DNA of 64,000 nt from an uncultured Acidimicrobiales bacterium (lineage in GTDB: Bacteria > Actinomycetota > Acidimicrobiia > Acidimicrobiales > SHLQ01), in contig CALHTF010000013.1 in NCBI GenBank assembly GCA_938038815.1, positions 36,588 to 100,587 of the forward strand. The letters are read 5' to 3'. Positions 16,907 through 26,769 of the stretch are shown one piece after another. The position numbers and the translations under genes are program-made. The number at the start of each line of letters is the position of its first letter. Positions within the stretch are counted from its first letter, which is position 1. A model generated the notes under the pieces. It did not search any database. It was not told where the DNA came from and saw only the letters and a list, made by a program, of their open reading frames with translations.

Positions 16907-19204
16907 ATGGCAGTCCAAGCAGAAACCCCCATCGAACTCATCAACGGCGTCTACGCCACCCTCGATGAGCGCCTCGGTGCAGCCCGCGAACGGTTTGGTC
17001 GAGGCCTGACCTTCGCCGAGAAGATCCTCATCAACCACCTCGACTCCCCCGATCAAGAACTCGAACGCGGCGACTCCTATGTCGACCTTCGCCCCGACCG
17101 AGTTGCCATGCAGGACGCCACCGCCCAGATGGCGTGGCTTCAGTTCATGACCGCCGGCCTCTCCGAAGTGCAGGTTCCCACCACCACCCACTGCGACCAC
17201 CTGATCCAAGCTCGCGAGGACGGCAAAACCGACCTGCTCACCGCAGCCAGCACCAACTCAGAGGTCTATGACTTCCTCGAGTCGGTGAGCGCCAAGTACG
17301 GCGGCGGCTTCTGGGGCCCGGGTTCGGGAATCATCCACCAGGTAGTGCTCGAGCAGTACGCCTTCCCAGGCGGCATGCTCATCGGCACCGATTCGCACAC
17401 CCCCAACGGCGGCGGACTCGCCATGGTCGCCATCGGTGTCGGCGGCGCCGACGCGGTCGATGTCATGACCGGCTTCCCCTGGAACGTGCGCTGGCCCAAG
17501 CTCATCGGCATCCACCTCACCGGCGAACTCAGCGGCTGGGCCGCTCCCAAAGACATCATCTTGAAGGTCGCCGACATCCTTACCGTCAAGGGCGGCACCG
17601 GAGCGATCGTCGAGTACTTCGGCGAAGGCGCCAACAGCCTAAGCGCAACCGGCAAGGCCACCATCTGCAACATGGGTGCCGAAATCGGCGCCACCACATC
17701 GTTGTTCGCCTACGACGATGCCACCGCCCGGTACCTCAAGAGCACCGGCCGCGAAGCCATGGCCGATGCCGCCAACGCCGTCGCCCATCACCTTCGGGCC
17801 GACGACGAAGTCTTCGCCGATCCGTCGAAGTATTTCGATCAGGTCATCGAGATCGACCTCAGCACCCTTACGCCGCACATCAACGGCCCGCACACTCCGG
17901 ACCTCGCTCGCGAAGTGAAGGCGCTCGGCGCCGAAGCCAAGGCCGAAGGTTGGCCGAACGAGATCAGCGCAGCGCTTATCGGCAGCTGCACCAACTCGTC
18001 GTACGAAGACATCACCCGGGCCGCCTCGATCGCCCGCGACGCTGTAGCCAAGGGCCTTACGGCCAAGACCAAGCTGATGATTACCCCGGGTTCCGAACAG
18101 GTCCGAGCCACCATCGAACGCGACGGCTTGCTGGCCGACTTCGAAGCCCTCGGTGCCGTGGTCCTGGCGAACGCCTGCGGCCCGTGCATCGGCCAGTGGG
18201 ACCGCTCGGGCGACCCGAACCACAAAGAGGGCACGCCCAACGTCATCGTCACCTCGTACAACCGCAACTTCCCCAAGCGCAACGACGGCGACCCCGCCAC
18301 CCTCGCCTTTGTGACGTCTCCCGAGACCGTGATGGCGCTTGCGCTATCGGGAACGGTCGACTTCGACCCGATCGACGGCACCCTCACCAACGACGCCGGC
18401 GAAGAGGTTTCGTTGAACGTACCGATCGGCATCGAACTGCCCGAACAAGGCTTCACCCCGGGCGAGAACATGTTCATCGCTCCCCCAGAAGACGGTTCGG
18501 GCACCGAGGTTGTGGTCTCGCCCACCTCCGATCGTCTGCAACTGCTTACCCCCTTCCCAGCGTGGGACGGCAACGACTTTGAAAACCTGCCGATTCTCGT
18601 CAAGGCCCAGGGCAAGTTCACGACCGACCACATCTCGATGGCTGGTCCATGGCTCAAGTACCGCGGTCACCTCGAGAACATTTCGGGCAACCTGTACCTT
18701 GGAGCGGTCAACGCGTTCCGTAAAGAAGACGGCAGCGAATACGAAGTCGGTTTCGGCGTCAACCACCTGACCGGAGCGGTCGAGCGGTACCCCGAGATCG
18801 CCAAGCAGTACCACGAAGCCGGACAACAATGGGTCGTCATCGGCGACGAGAACATGGGCGAAGGCTCGAGCCGCGAACACGCCGCAATGGAACCCCGCTT
18901 CCGCCTCGGCATGATCGCCATCGCTCGAAGCTTTGCTCGGATCCACGAGACCAACCTGAAGAAGCAGGGCATGGTGCCGCTGACCTTCGCCGACCCGGCC
19001 GACTACGACAAGATCAACGAATCCGACCGCATTGCGGTACGCGGTCTCGCCAATCTCGAACCCGACACGCCGGTTACGGTCGAAGTCACCACCCCCGAGG
19101 GCGAAACCTGGAGCTTCCTCGGAAACCACACGTTCAGCGAAGACCAAATCGAATGGTTCAAAGAAGGCAGTGCCCTCAACATCATTCGCAAGCGCTCCGC
19201 CTAA
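16907..19204 (+). CDS. acn: Aconitate hydratase (short, ~765 aa form)
   Basis: [53 protein letters not shown] and a C-terminal swivel domain are present. An RBS-like aagaaggaa precedes the ATG. Confidence 0.9.
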   Translation: MAVQAETPIELINGVYATLDERLGAARERFGRGLTFAEKILINHLDSPDQELERGDSYVDLRPDRVAMQDATAQMAWLQFMTAGLSEVQVPTTTHCDHLIQAREDGKTDLLTAASTNSEVYDFLESVSAKYGGGFWGPGSGIIHQVVLEQYAFPGGMLIGTDSHTPNGGGLAMVAIGVGGADAVDVMTGFPWNVRWPKLIGIHLTGELSGWAAPKDIILKVADILTVKGGTGAIVEYFGEGANSLSATGKATICNMGAEIGATTSLFAYDDATARYLKSTGREAMADAANAVAHHLRADDEVFADPSKYFDQVIEIDLSTLTPHINGPHTPDLAREVKALGAEAKAEGWPNEISAALIGSCTNSSYEDITRAASIARDAVAKGLTAKTKLMITPGSEQVRATIERDGLLADFEALGAVVLANACGPCIGQWDRSGDPNHKEGTPNVIVTSYNRNFPKRNDGDPATLAFVTSPETVMALALSGTVDFDPIDGTLTNDAGEEVSLNVPIGIELPEQGFTPGENMFIAPPEDGSGTEVVVSPTSDRLQLLTPFPAWDGNDFENLPILVKAQGKFTTDHISMAGPWLKYRGHLENISGNLYLGAVNAFRKEDGSEYEVGFGVNHLTGAVERYPEIAKQYHEAGQQWVVIGDENMGEGSSREHAAMEPRFRLGMIAIARSFARIHETNLKKQGMVPLTFADPADYDKINESDRIAVRGLANLEPDTPVTVEVTTPEGETWSFLGNHTFSEDQIEWFKEGSALNIIRKRSA

Positions 19205-19273
19205 CGAACGCTCAGCAAAAAGTGAACGTGGTGCCCGGGCTTCCGCTCGGGCATCACATGCTTTTCCGCTGAG

Positions 19274-20839
19274 TTAGCCGAAGGTGCAGGTGTCGCCACC
19301 GGTCATCGACCGCAGGCGGATGTTGTTGTTCGTTCCACCGGTCGAACCGTAGATCGGCCCCTGGTCGTTCAAGCGGTAGGTCTGGTTGTCCGCGTCGACC
19401 ACGAGGCCATCGCCGTAGAACGGTTCGAGGTCCTTCGCCCGCACCCCAACGCCGGCTCCCCGTTTGGTGACCAACCCCTCGGGCGCAGCGGTTCGCCGGT
19501 TCTCGACGTGCCATTGCACAAACCGGCGCGGACCCGATCCGTCGGCTTGTTCGCCCGCAAAGATCAACTGCAGATCGCCAATCGCAACAATCCGAACCTC
19601 TGGCGCCTCGCACCGAGCGTCGGGGCCAAACCCGGAATCACTGCTCGGGAACCCGGCGGCTATCGCTACCTGCTCGAGCGCAGCGTCAGCATCGAAACCA
19701 AACGGAACGTTCGCTTCATCGCCCGAGTCAGGTGCCAACACGATGCCGCGACCGCTCAGTGCAATCGGCCCCGGCCCTTCGAGTTCGGGCAGCGTGGTGG
19801 TGGTCGTGCTGGTGGTGGTCGACGTGCTCGTCGTGGTCGGTGTCACCGTCGTTTGGGTAACCGTCGTTTGGGTGGCAGTGGTCTCGACCGCCGGTGTTGT
19901 CGTCCCCACGCCATCGATGGTGGTCGTTGCCGAAGACGAGTTGTTGTTCGACGAACGAATCTGTAGGAACAACAAGCCGGCCAGCACCGCAAGGGTGGCT
20001 GCCGCTACCGCAATTGCGAGATACCAACCTCGCGACGACGACTTCGCCGGTTGTGGAGCGACGCGTCGCTGGGTCGGAGCCGGCGGCGCCACGGCGGGCG
20101 CGCTCGCCACCACCGGCACCGGTTCGGTATCGCCGAAATCATCGTCGGCCTCAAAGACCGTGTCGGGTCCTTCGGGGTCATAGATCGATTCGATCGTCGT
20201 GGGTTTGGGCGGAGGCTCCGGCAACGGACCTTCGAGATCTTCTCGGGTGACGAGCGGCATCGGGACCGGCTGGGTCAGTTCGAGCCCGTCCTCCAACGCC
20301 TTCGACGACAAGACCGCTGCGCCGTAGGCGCCGAGGTAGGCCGGTTCGAGTTGATCGCCGCCCTCCGATAATGCACTGGCGATCGCAATGGCCTCATTCG
20401 AGGCACTGAGCGTGATGTTGGTGATGCCCGCCCGGCCAGCAGCAGAAACCAAGGCGCTGGTCTCGTTACCGCGCCACGCCGCAGGATACGAGATCACCAC
20501 GTGCTGGGGCGGCTCACCGAACCGCTCGGCCGCTACCGCCACAACTTGTTCCAACAGTGCGCTGACCAGAACCTCGCCGGTGATCTGACGACCGTTGATG
20601 TCGGTCAGCGACGACCGTGAAAGCAATGCCAGCGGATCTTCGACAAACCCGCCCGGCTCAACCGCCGCGGCTTCGATAGCCGCCTCGCCGGCCGACACCG
20701 CGCCGGCTACCGAAACGTGAGCGACGGTGGCCATCGCGGCCGCGTTCTGCCCAACCGCCAGCAGGCGAACCTCTCGGTCGGCCAGGCTGGCAGCCATAGT
20801 TATAGACGCGCCGATGTCGATACCCAGGCGGTAAGCCAT
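19274..20839 (-). CDS. Membrane-anchored protein: truncated Hsp70/actin-like N-domain, TM helix, Thr-rich linker, extracytoplasmic C-domain
   Basis: N-terminus YRLGIDIGASITMAA...HVVISYPAAWRG resembles the DnaK phosphate-1 and connect motifs. The TM is WYLAIAVAAATLAVLAGLLFL. A TTTSTSTTTSTTTTT linker follows. The start overlaps the upstream stop by 1 nt (TAATG). Confidence 0.55.
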   Translation of the reverse strand: MAYRLGIDIGASITMAASLADREVRLLAVGQNAAAMATVAHVSVAGAVSAGEAAIEAAAVEPGGFVEDPLALLSRSSLTDINGRQITGEVLVSALLEQVVAVAAERFGEPPQHVVISYPAAWRGNETSALVSAAGRAGITNITLSASNEAIAIASALSEGGDQLEPAYLGAYGAAVLSSKALEDGLELTQPVPMPLVTREDLEGPLPEPPPKPTTIESIYDPEGPDTVFEADDDFGDTEPVPVVASAPAVAPPAPTQRRVAPQPAKSSSRGWYLAIAVAAATLAVLAGLLFLQIRSSNNNSSSATTTIDGVGTTTPAVETTATQTTVTQTTVTPTTTSTSTTTSTTTTTLPELEGPGPIALSGRGIVLAPDSGDEANVPFGFDADAALEQVAIAAGFPSSDSGFGPDARCEAPEVRIVAIGDLQLIFAGEQADGSGPRRFVQWHVENRRTAAPEGLVTKRGAGVGVRAKDLEPFYGDGLVVDADNQTYRLNDQGPIYGSTGGTNNNIRLRSMTGGDTCTFG

Positions 20840-22362
20840 TAGGAAACTTTTAGTTCCTCAGGGGCTTTGCCGGCGGGATAGGTACGGGCCAACTGTTCGG
20901 GGGTCGGGTCGACCTTGTCCGAGGCTTCGGGCGGCAGTTCGGCGCGAATCGCGTCCATGATCGCGGCGACCACTTTCTGCTCGCGCTTTTGGACCTGGGC
21001 TTTGGTCAGCTTCTTCGACGATTTCTTAGTCGACTTCTTGGCGCTCGACTTCTTTGACTTGGTGGCCGGAACCTTCATCGCTTTGGTGAGGTCGACCGGA
21101 GGGCCAAGCCGCACCCGCACTTTGGGCGGGCTGGTGATGTTCCACACCGCGGGGAGCTTTGCGTTACGGGGCCACACATCTTCGGATCCCCACAAGCCAA
21201 GAGGGATCACCGGCGCTCCGGTCTCGATCGCCAGGCGAGCAACACCGGGTCGACCTTCGAGTTCGGGGTCGAAGAACTTTGGCCCTCGCGGGATGGTGCC
21301 CTCGGGCAAGATAACGACAACCTCGCCTGCTTCGAGCGCCGAGATTGCCCGTTCGAGAGGTTCGCCCGAACCCGAACCTCGGTCGACCCGAATCGTGCCG
21401 AGTGACTTTACTACCTGCCCAACCACCGGTGCATCGACGACCTCTTTCTTGGCGAGGAATCGCACCGGCCGACCGACTCGGGCCATCGCGAAGCCGATAA
21501 CCAGCGGGTCGAAGTAGCTGCGGTGATTCGCCGCAATGATGACCGGTCCCTCTTTCGGCACAAAGTCGGTGCCGTCGATGTCGAACCGGGCGTAGGGAAC
21601 CATCTCGGGGCGAGCAACGGCGAGCACGGCCTCTTGGGGTTCGGTTCCGAGCACCTTTGGGACACCGTCGGGCACGTCGAGGTAGGCAACCGGCCACCGC
21701 ATGGCGGTCGCCGCAACCAACAGGCGGGGGTCGGGGTTGACCGCGACCGGATGTTCGACGGCCCGCAGAAGCGGAAGGTCGTACCGGCTATCGGAGTAGG
21801 CGTAACTCGATGCGAGATCGACCCCGTTCTCCTCGCACCATTCAGCGACGGCGTCGCGTTTACCGGGCCCCCACACGTAGTGGCCATCGACGGTGCCGTC
21901 GTACTTGCCTTTGCTCTCGCCGTACTTGGTGGCGATCACGTCGTCGAGGCCCAGCAGGTCGCCGAGCGGCTTGCAGACCGTCATCGGACTCGTGGTTGCC
22001 ATAACCACCTTGCGTCCTTCTTCGCGGTGCCAGTCGATCAACTGACGGGCATAGGGCTGCAGTAGCGGTTCGAGTTGTTCGGCTGCGGCTTGGCCGGCCT
22101 GGGCGACCTTTTTGGCATCCCATCCTTTCGAGAACCGGATCCCGAATCGAGCAAGAGCCATCGACGGACGGTTCTCGCCGACCAGGTCAAAAAGGCCGAA
22201 CAAGGCGTCTTCGACCGGTGACTTTGCGGTGGTGAGCAACCCGACGTCGCGCAGCGCTTGGGAAACCACGGGGCCGCTGGCCCCGGCCAGCAGCGTCCGG
22301 TCAAGGTCGAAGAATGCTGCATTCGTTGCACGTTGCTTTGATTTGGCCACAGGTTCTCCCAT
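20839..22362 (-). CDS. plsC: Bifunctional HAD-IB phosphatase-like / 1-acyl-sn-glycerol-3-phosphate acyltransferase (Rv2483c PlsC-like fusion)
   Basis: Start set at the ATG at 22362 (MGEPVAKSK). HAD motifs are FFDLDRTLL and YSDSRYDLPLL. Acyltransferase motifs are AANHRSYFDPLV (HxxxxD), IRVDRG and ILPEGT. The tail is Lys-rich. Confidence 0.8.
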   Translation of the reverse strand: MGEPVAKSKQRATNAAFFDLDRTLLAGASGPVVSQALRDVGLLTTAKSPVEDALFGLFDLVGENRPSMALARFGIRFSKGWDAKKVAQAGQAAAEQLEPLLQPYARQLIDWHREEGRKVVMATTSPMTVCKPLGDLLGLDDVIATKYGESKGKYDGTVDGHYVWGPGKRDAVAEWCEENGVDLASSYAYSDSRYDLPLLRAVEHPVAVNPDPRLLVAATAMRWPVAYLDVPDGVPKVLGTEPQEAVLAVARPEMVPYARFDIDGTDFVPKEGPVIIAANHRSYFDPLVIGFAMARVGRPVRFLAKKEVVDAPVVGQVVKSLGTIRVDRGSGSGEPLERAISALEAGEVVVILPEGTIPRGPKFFDPELEGRPGVARLAIETGAPVIPLGLWGSEDVWPRNAKLPAVWNITSPPKVRVRLGPPVDLTKAMKVPATKSKKSSAKKSTKKSSKKLTKAQVQKREQKVVAAIMDAIRAELPPEASDKVDPTPEQLARTYPAGKAPEELKVS

Positions 22363-22428
22363 CGGCGTCCCGCAAGGCGAGGTTACCCTGTTGGTCGAAA
22401 TTTGGCCGAAACACCGCACCGCGAAAGA

Positions 22429-22482
22429 TGCCGCCAGAGAAAAGCACCGCCAAAAATGCCGCCAAAAATACCGCAAAACGCA
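22429..22482. repeat. Degenerate ~12-nt tandem repeat with phased A-tracts (TGCCGCCAAAAA-like x4)
   Basis: Sequence TGCCGCCAGAGAAAAG CACCGCCAAAAA TGCCGCCAAAAA TACCGCAAAACG. It lies in the divergent plsC-like / LysR intergenic region. Further A-tracts occur upstream at about 22397, 22409 and 22424. Confidence 0.6.
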
Positions 22483-22660
22483 GAACAGACCGGAAGGGGG
22501 ATTCCGGTCCGTTCTCTTCGACTTGGATCGGGGGGAACCAGATCTGGTCGGATGTGCGAGCCAGTGAGGGGGATCACTGTTTTGCTCGTTAGAGAAAGTA
22601 TTCACGAAGTCCCAATATCTGTCCAACAGTTCCTATGGATAACTGGTATCATTTTCACAG

Positions 22661-23590
22661 ATGGACCTCCGACAACTCCGAGCACTGGCCGCGGTCGCGG
22701 AACACCAGTCGTTCTCCGCCGCCGCACGAGCACTGCACACCGTTCAGTCGAACGTGTCGAACCACATCGCTCGGCTGGAACGCGAACTCGGGTCGACCCT
22801 CATCGACCGCAAGACCGGCCAACTCACCGCCGAGGGTGAGGTCGTGCTGAAACGGGCCAACCGGATCAGCGACGAACTCGACGCGATCGAGGCCGATGTC
22901 GCCGGCCTGCGTCACGACATTCACGGATCGATCCGGTTCGGCATTATCGGCACCACCGCCCGGTGGCTAGTTCCGCCACTGCTCGACGCGCTCGACCAGA
23001 CCCACCCGGGCGTGCAGCTCATCATTGTCGACGCCACAACCACATCGTTGATCCCCCAGCTTCAGTCCGGCGCCCTCAAAGCAGCGCTGGTCAACCTCCC
23101 GGTCGACGACCCCGAGGTCGCCACCCACGAGCTCTTCCTTGAAGATCGTCTTGTGGTTACCCCACTCGATCACGAGCTGGCGCAATTCGACGAGATCTCG
23201 CTCGCCGAGCTGACCCAGTTCCCGCTGTTGCTCAGCCCGGTCGGCACGCAGCTGCGCGACACACTCGATGCAGCAGCCCAAAAGCTTGGCACGACCCTGA
23301 CCGCATCGGCCGAAGTCGACGGCATGCGCCTGATGGCCTCGCTTGCGTTCCAGGGCTACTCCCCCGCCATCTTGCCGGCAAGCGCCGCCCCCAGTTGGCT
23401 CAAAGGCGACTGGAAAAGGGTCTATGTCACCGAGCTGAGCAAGCGGGGCGTCGGCCTAGCCACCAGCGCAAATGCCGCACCGTCGGCAACCGATCAAGCG
23501 TTTTACAGCGTGTTGTCCGAAGTGATTCAAGAACAGGTTCCGAACCACGAAGGGCTCTCGCTCAACCCCCAGGCATCAGCTTTGCGCTAG
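22661..23590 (+). CDS. LysR family transcriptional regulator
   Basis: MDLRQLRALAAVAEHQSFSAAARALHTVQSNVSNHIARLERELGSTLIDR HTH plus a LysR substrate-binding domain. Confidence 0.88.
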   Translation: MDLRQLRALAAVAEHQSFSAAARALHTVQSNVSNHIARLERELGSTLIDRKTGQLTAEGEVVLKRANRISDELDAIEADVAGLRHDIHGSIRFGIIGTTARWLVPPLLDALDQTHPGVQLIIVDATTTSLIPQLQSGALKAALVNLPVDDPEVATHELFLEDRLVVTPLDHELAQFDEISLAELTQFPLLLSPVGTQLRDTLDAAAQKLGTTLTASAEVDGMRLMASLAFQGYSPAILPASAAPSWLKGDWKRVYVTELSKRGVGLATSANAAPSATDQAFYSVLSEVIQEQVPNHEGLSLNPQASALR

Positions 23591-23639
23591 CGGCTGGCCT
23601 GGTTGCGGTTACCCACTGGTTAGCTGCGAGCATGCTCCC

Positions 23640-24998
23640 ATGACTCCCCAGGTTGGGCTTCGCACCGGAACCCCCGGCACCTCGACGTCGCGTTTTGTCG
23701 CCGCCGACCCAGCGACAAATTCACCCGCTCGCGTTCATGCTGGCATCAGCGCCGCCGACCAGCGCATCGGCCTGACCTCCGATGAGGGATTCGATCTGCG
23801 AGCGGCGGCCACCTTGGCCCTCGAGCGCCGAGTTCCACTCGTGATCGAACTGGCGGCCTTTGGGCCATCGGTCGATGAAGGCATCGCGGCACTCGACGGC
23901 TGGGGCCAAGCAGCCCGCGCCCTCGTTCGATGCTCGGGCGTGGTGCCGACCATTGCACTGGTTACCGGCCCAGTGGTCGCCGGCCCCTCGTTACTGCTCG
24001 GCCTGGTCGACATCGTCGTGATGGTCAACGACAGCTACAGCTTTGTGAGCGGACCCCGCATGGTCGCCGAGTTCACCGGTCAGCCAGTCGATAGCGCCGA
24101 CCTGGGCGGGGCATCGGTGCACGACCGCACCAGCGGGGTGGCGAGCTTTGTGGCCGCAACCGTCGAGGAAGCGCACGAGATCGTCGACGAAGTACTCACC
24201 TTTGTTCCGGCGAGCATCGACGAACTTCCCAAGATCATCGAGACAAACGATCCGATCGACCGCCTTTTGCCCGACGTCTATGGGATCATCCCCGACACGC
24301 CCACCGGCAGCTACGACGTTCGCGACATCATCACCGAGGTGGTCGACGACGGCGTTCTCCTCGAACTTCGCGAGGCGTGGGCCGCCAATCTGGTGACCGG
24401 CCTGGCGTCGATCGGCGGCATGGCGGTGGGGATCGTCGCCAACCAACCACAAACCGTCGCCGGAACCCTCGACATCGCGGCGTCGCAAAAGGGCGGCGGG
24501 TTTGTCGGGTTCTGCGACAGCTTCAACCTGCCCATCGTCACCTTTGTCGATACGTCGGGTTTTTACCCAGGTAAAGATCTCGAATGGCGCGGCATGATCC
24601 GCTACGGCGCCCAGCTCGCCTTTGCCTACGCCCGGGCAACCGTGCCCCGGGTGGCCGTGACGCTACGAAAGTCCTACGGCGGCGCCTACATCGTCATGGA
24701 CTCCAAGTACATCGGCAACGATCTCTCCTATGCCTGGCCCAGCGCCGAAATCGCCGTCATGGGCGCCAAGGGAGCGGTCGAGATCCTTCACCGCCGAGCG
24801 TCCGAACAAGAACGAGCCCAACATCAGGCCGAGTACGAGGAGCGACTCCTCAATCCCTACATCGCCGCCGAACGGGGGTCGATCGAGGGGGTAATCGACC
24901 CAGCCGAAACCCGATCGCTAGTGGCGAATTCACTCCAAACGCTGCGCACCAAACGCGAACGACTACCCCGCCGTCGCCACGACAACTTGCCGCTGTAA
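23640..24998 (+). CDS. Acyl-CoA carboxylase carboxyltransferase (beta) subunit family protein
   Basis: C-terminal carboxyltransferase blocks are present: GGFVGFCDSFNLPIVTFVDTSGFYPGKDLEWRGMIRYGAQLAFAY and LRKSYGGAYIVMDSKYIGND..WPSAEIAVMGAKGAVEI. The N-terminal ~60 aa are atypical. Confidence 0.8.
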   Translation: MTPQVGLRTGTPGTSTSRFVAADPATNSPARVHAGISAADQRIGLTSDEGFDLRAAATLALERRVPLVIELAAFGPSVDEGIAALDGWGQAARALVRCSGVVPTIALVTGPVVAGPSLLLGLVDIVVMVNDSYSFVSGPRMVAEFTGQPVDSADLGGASVHDRTSGVASFVAATVEEAHEIVDEVLTFVPASIDELPKIIETNDPIDRLLPDVYGIIPDTPTGSYDVRDIITEVVDDGVLLELREAWAANLVTGLASIGGMAVGIVANQPQTVAGTLDIAASQKGGGFVGFCDSFNLPIVTFVDTSGFYPGKDLEWRGMIRYGAQLAFAYARATVPRVAVTLRKSYGGAYIVMDSKYIGNDLSYAWPSAEIAVMGAKGAVEILHRRASEQERAQHQAEYEERLLNPYIAAERGSIEGVIDPAETRSLVANSLQTLRTKRERLPRRRHDNLPL

Positions 24999-25065
24999 AG
25001 AAGTTGGCCGCAAACCGCGGCGTGAAGTGTCGTTTCGACAGCGGTCGCGACTAGTGTCTCGTACG

Positions 25066-25094
25066 AAGCAGCATCAGCGCTGATCGCTGCTTTT
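25066..25094 (+). terminator. Intrinsic terminator-like hairpin after the carboxyltransferase gene
   Basis: AAGCAGCATCAGC/GCTGATcGCTGCTT long stem followed by TTTTC. Confidence 0.5.
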
Positions 25095-25117
25095 CATGCT
25101 GGCCCTGCGCCCCGCTC

Positions 25118-26497
25118 ATGGTTTTGCCCGATATGCCGAAGGCTTACATAGCCGCGTGGCTACAAAACCAAGTTTTCGCAGCAGCACCCGAAATCCCTAA
25201 CGCAAGAGGAACCCGACCCGACGTGGCCGACAGCATCACAATTACCGACAACCGCAGTGGCGAATCGCTCGAGATTCCGATCGAAAACGGTGGCGTCGAC
25301 GCCGCAAAGTGGCGCGATCTTCTCCCGGGTGTTTGGTTTCACGACCCCGGTTTCGCGACCACATCCAATGCCGCCAGCTCGATCACTGACCTCAACGGAA
25401 TCGACGGCATCCTCCGTTACCGCGGGTATCCGATCGAACAGTTGGCCGAGCAGTCGAACTTTCTCGAGGTTGCGTACCTACTGATCCACGGCGAGCTGCC
25501 GAACCAGGACGAATACGACAACTGGGCCCACGAGATCACGCACCACACCTACGTGCACGAGAACTTCCGCAAGCGCTTCAACGACGCGTTCCATTACAAC
25601 GCTCACCCGATGGGCATGCTCGTTTCGGGCATCGCTGGGCTTTCGACCTTCTACCCAGAAGCCAAAGAGATCGAAGACCCCGAGATACGCATGAAGCAGA
25701 TCGTGCGCCTCATCGCCAAGGTACCGACCCTCGCTGCGGCGGCGTATCGCTACAGCCAAGGCTTGCCGTTCATCTTCCCCGACAACAACCTGCCCTACGC
25801 AGCAAACTTCTTGTCGATGATGTACCGGGTCGCCAAGCCGAGCTTTGAGGCTGACCCGGTGCTCACCAAGGCCCTCGACCTGTTGTTCATCCTCCACGCC
25901 GATCACGAGCAGAACTGCTCGACCACCGCAGCGCGAGTTGTGGGATCGAGCCACGCCGACCCGTACTCGTCGGTCGCCGCTGGTTGCGCCGCCCTCTATG
26001 GCCCCCGCCACGGTGGCGCCAACGAGGCCGTGTTGAACATGCTCAACGACATCGGCTCCTACGACCAGATCGACGACTTCATCGAGTCGGTCAAGCGGGG
26101 CGAAGGTCGCCTGATGGGCTTTGGCCACCGGGTGTACAAGAGCTACGACCCACGAGCGACCCTCATCAAGAAGGCCGCCCACGACGTGTTTGAGGTAACC
26201 GGACGGAACCCGATGCTCGACATGGCGCTCAAGCTCGAAGAGGTTGCGTTGTCCGATGAATACTTCATCAGCCGCAACCTTTACCCGAACGTCGACTTCT
26301 ACTCGGGCCTGATCTACCAGTCGATGGGCTTCCCGACCGAGATGTTCACCGTGCTCTTTGCCATTGGTCGCACCGCGGGTTGGCTCGCCCACTGGAAAGA
26401 AATGCTCGAGCAGAATTCACGCATTGCTCGGCCCCGCCAGCTGTACGTCGGCGAAGGTGAACGGCCTTTTGTCCCCATGGCCGAGCGGTCCGCATAA
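25118..26497 (+). CDS. gltA: Citrate synthase (type II)
   Basis: LFILHADHEQNCSTTAARVVGSS, YGPRHGGANEAV and GFGHRVYKSYDPRA catalytic blocks are present. Confidence 0.92.
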   Translation: MVLPDMPKAYIAAWLQNQVFAAAPEIPNARGTRPDVADSITITDNRSGESLEIPIENGGVDAAKWRDLLPGVWFHDPGFATTSNAASSITDLNGIDGILRYRGYPIEQLAEQSNFLEVAYLLIHGELPNQDEYDNWAHEITHHTYVHENFRKRFNDAFHYNAHPMGMLVSGIAGLSTFYPEAKEIEDPEIRMKQIVRLIAKVPTLAAAAYRYSQGLPFIFPDNNLPYAANFLSMMYRVAKPSFEADPVLTKALDLLFILHADHEQNCSTTAARVVGSSHADPYSSVAAGCAALYGPRHGGANEAVLNMLNDIGSYDQIDDFIESVKRGEGRLMGFGHRVYKSYDPRATLIKKAAHDVFEVTGRNPMLDMALKLEEVALSDEYFISRNLYPNVDFYSGLIYQSMGFPTEMFTVLFAIGRTAGWLAHWKEMLEQNSRIARPRQLYVGEGERPFVPMAERSA

Positions 26498-26769
26498 GCA
26501 GCCTCCATCCGGAGCCAAACCAGCCCCGCGAGGGCAATTGCGCACGTACAGCGTTGATCCGCTAAGATTTCGTCGCTCTCCGTGTTTTCTCGTGGAGCCC
26601 CCCAGACCGGCTATTTGCCCTAGGCATTTTCACCGCACGGACACATCTTTGTGAACGGGCAAAACATGAAATATGCCGAAAAGCAGTGACCGGGCTTGAA
26701 ACGCATCATAAAGTTTGGCACCCTCTGGTGTTGAAGGCGTCCAAGCACTCATCCCCCTAAGGACTATCA

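Noticed and set aside
19780-19910. Apparent tandem DNA repeats (ACCGTCGTTTGGGT x2, GTGGTGGTCG-type runs).
   Set aside because: They encode the poly-Thr/TQTTV linker of the membrane protein at 19274..20839. This is coding low complexity, not a non-coding repeat or a CRISPR array.
22429-22482. Possible CRISPR-like array.
   Set aside because: The units are only ~12 nt, contiguous and without spacers, and no cas genes are present. The region is reported instead as a phased A-tract repeat.
22638-22650. GATA-N5-TATC dyad just upstream of the LysR start, considered as a LysR box.
   Set aside because: It lies only ~10 nt from the ATG, and its arms are too short to distinguish from chance. It is not reported as a feature.
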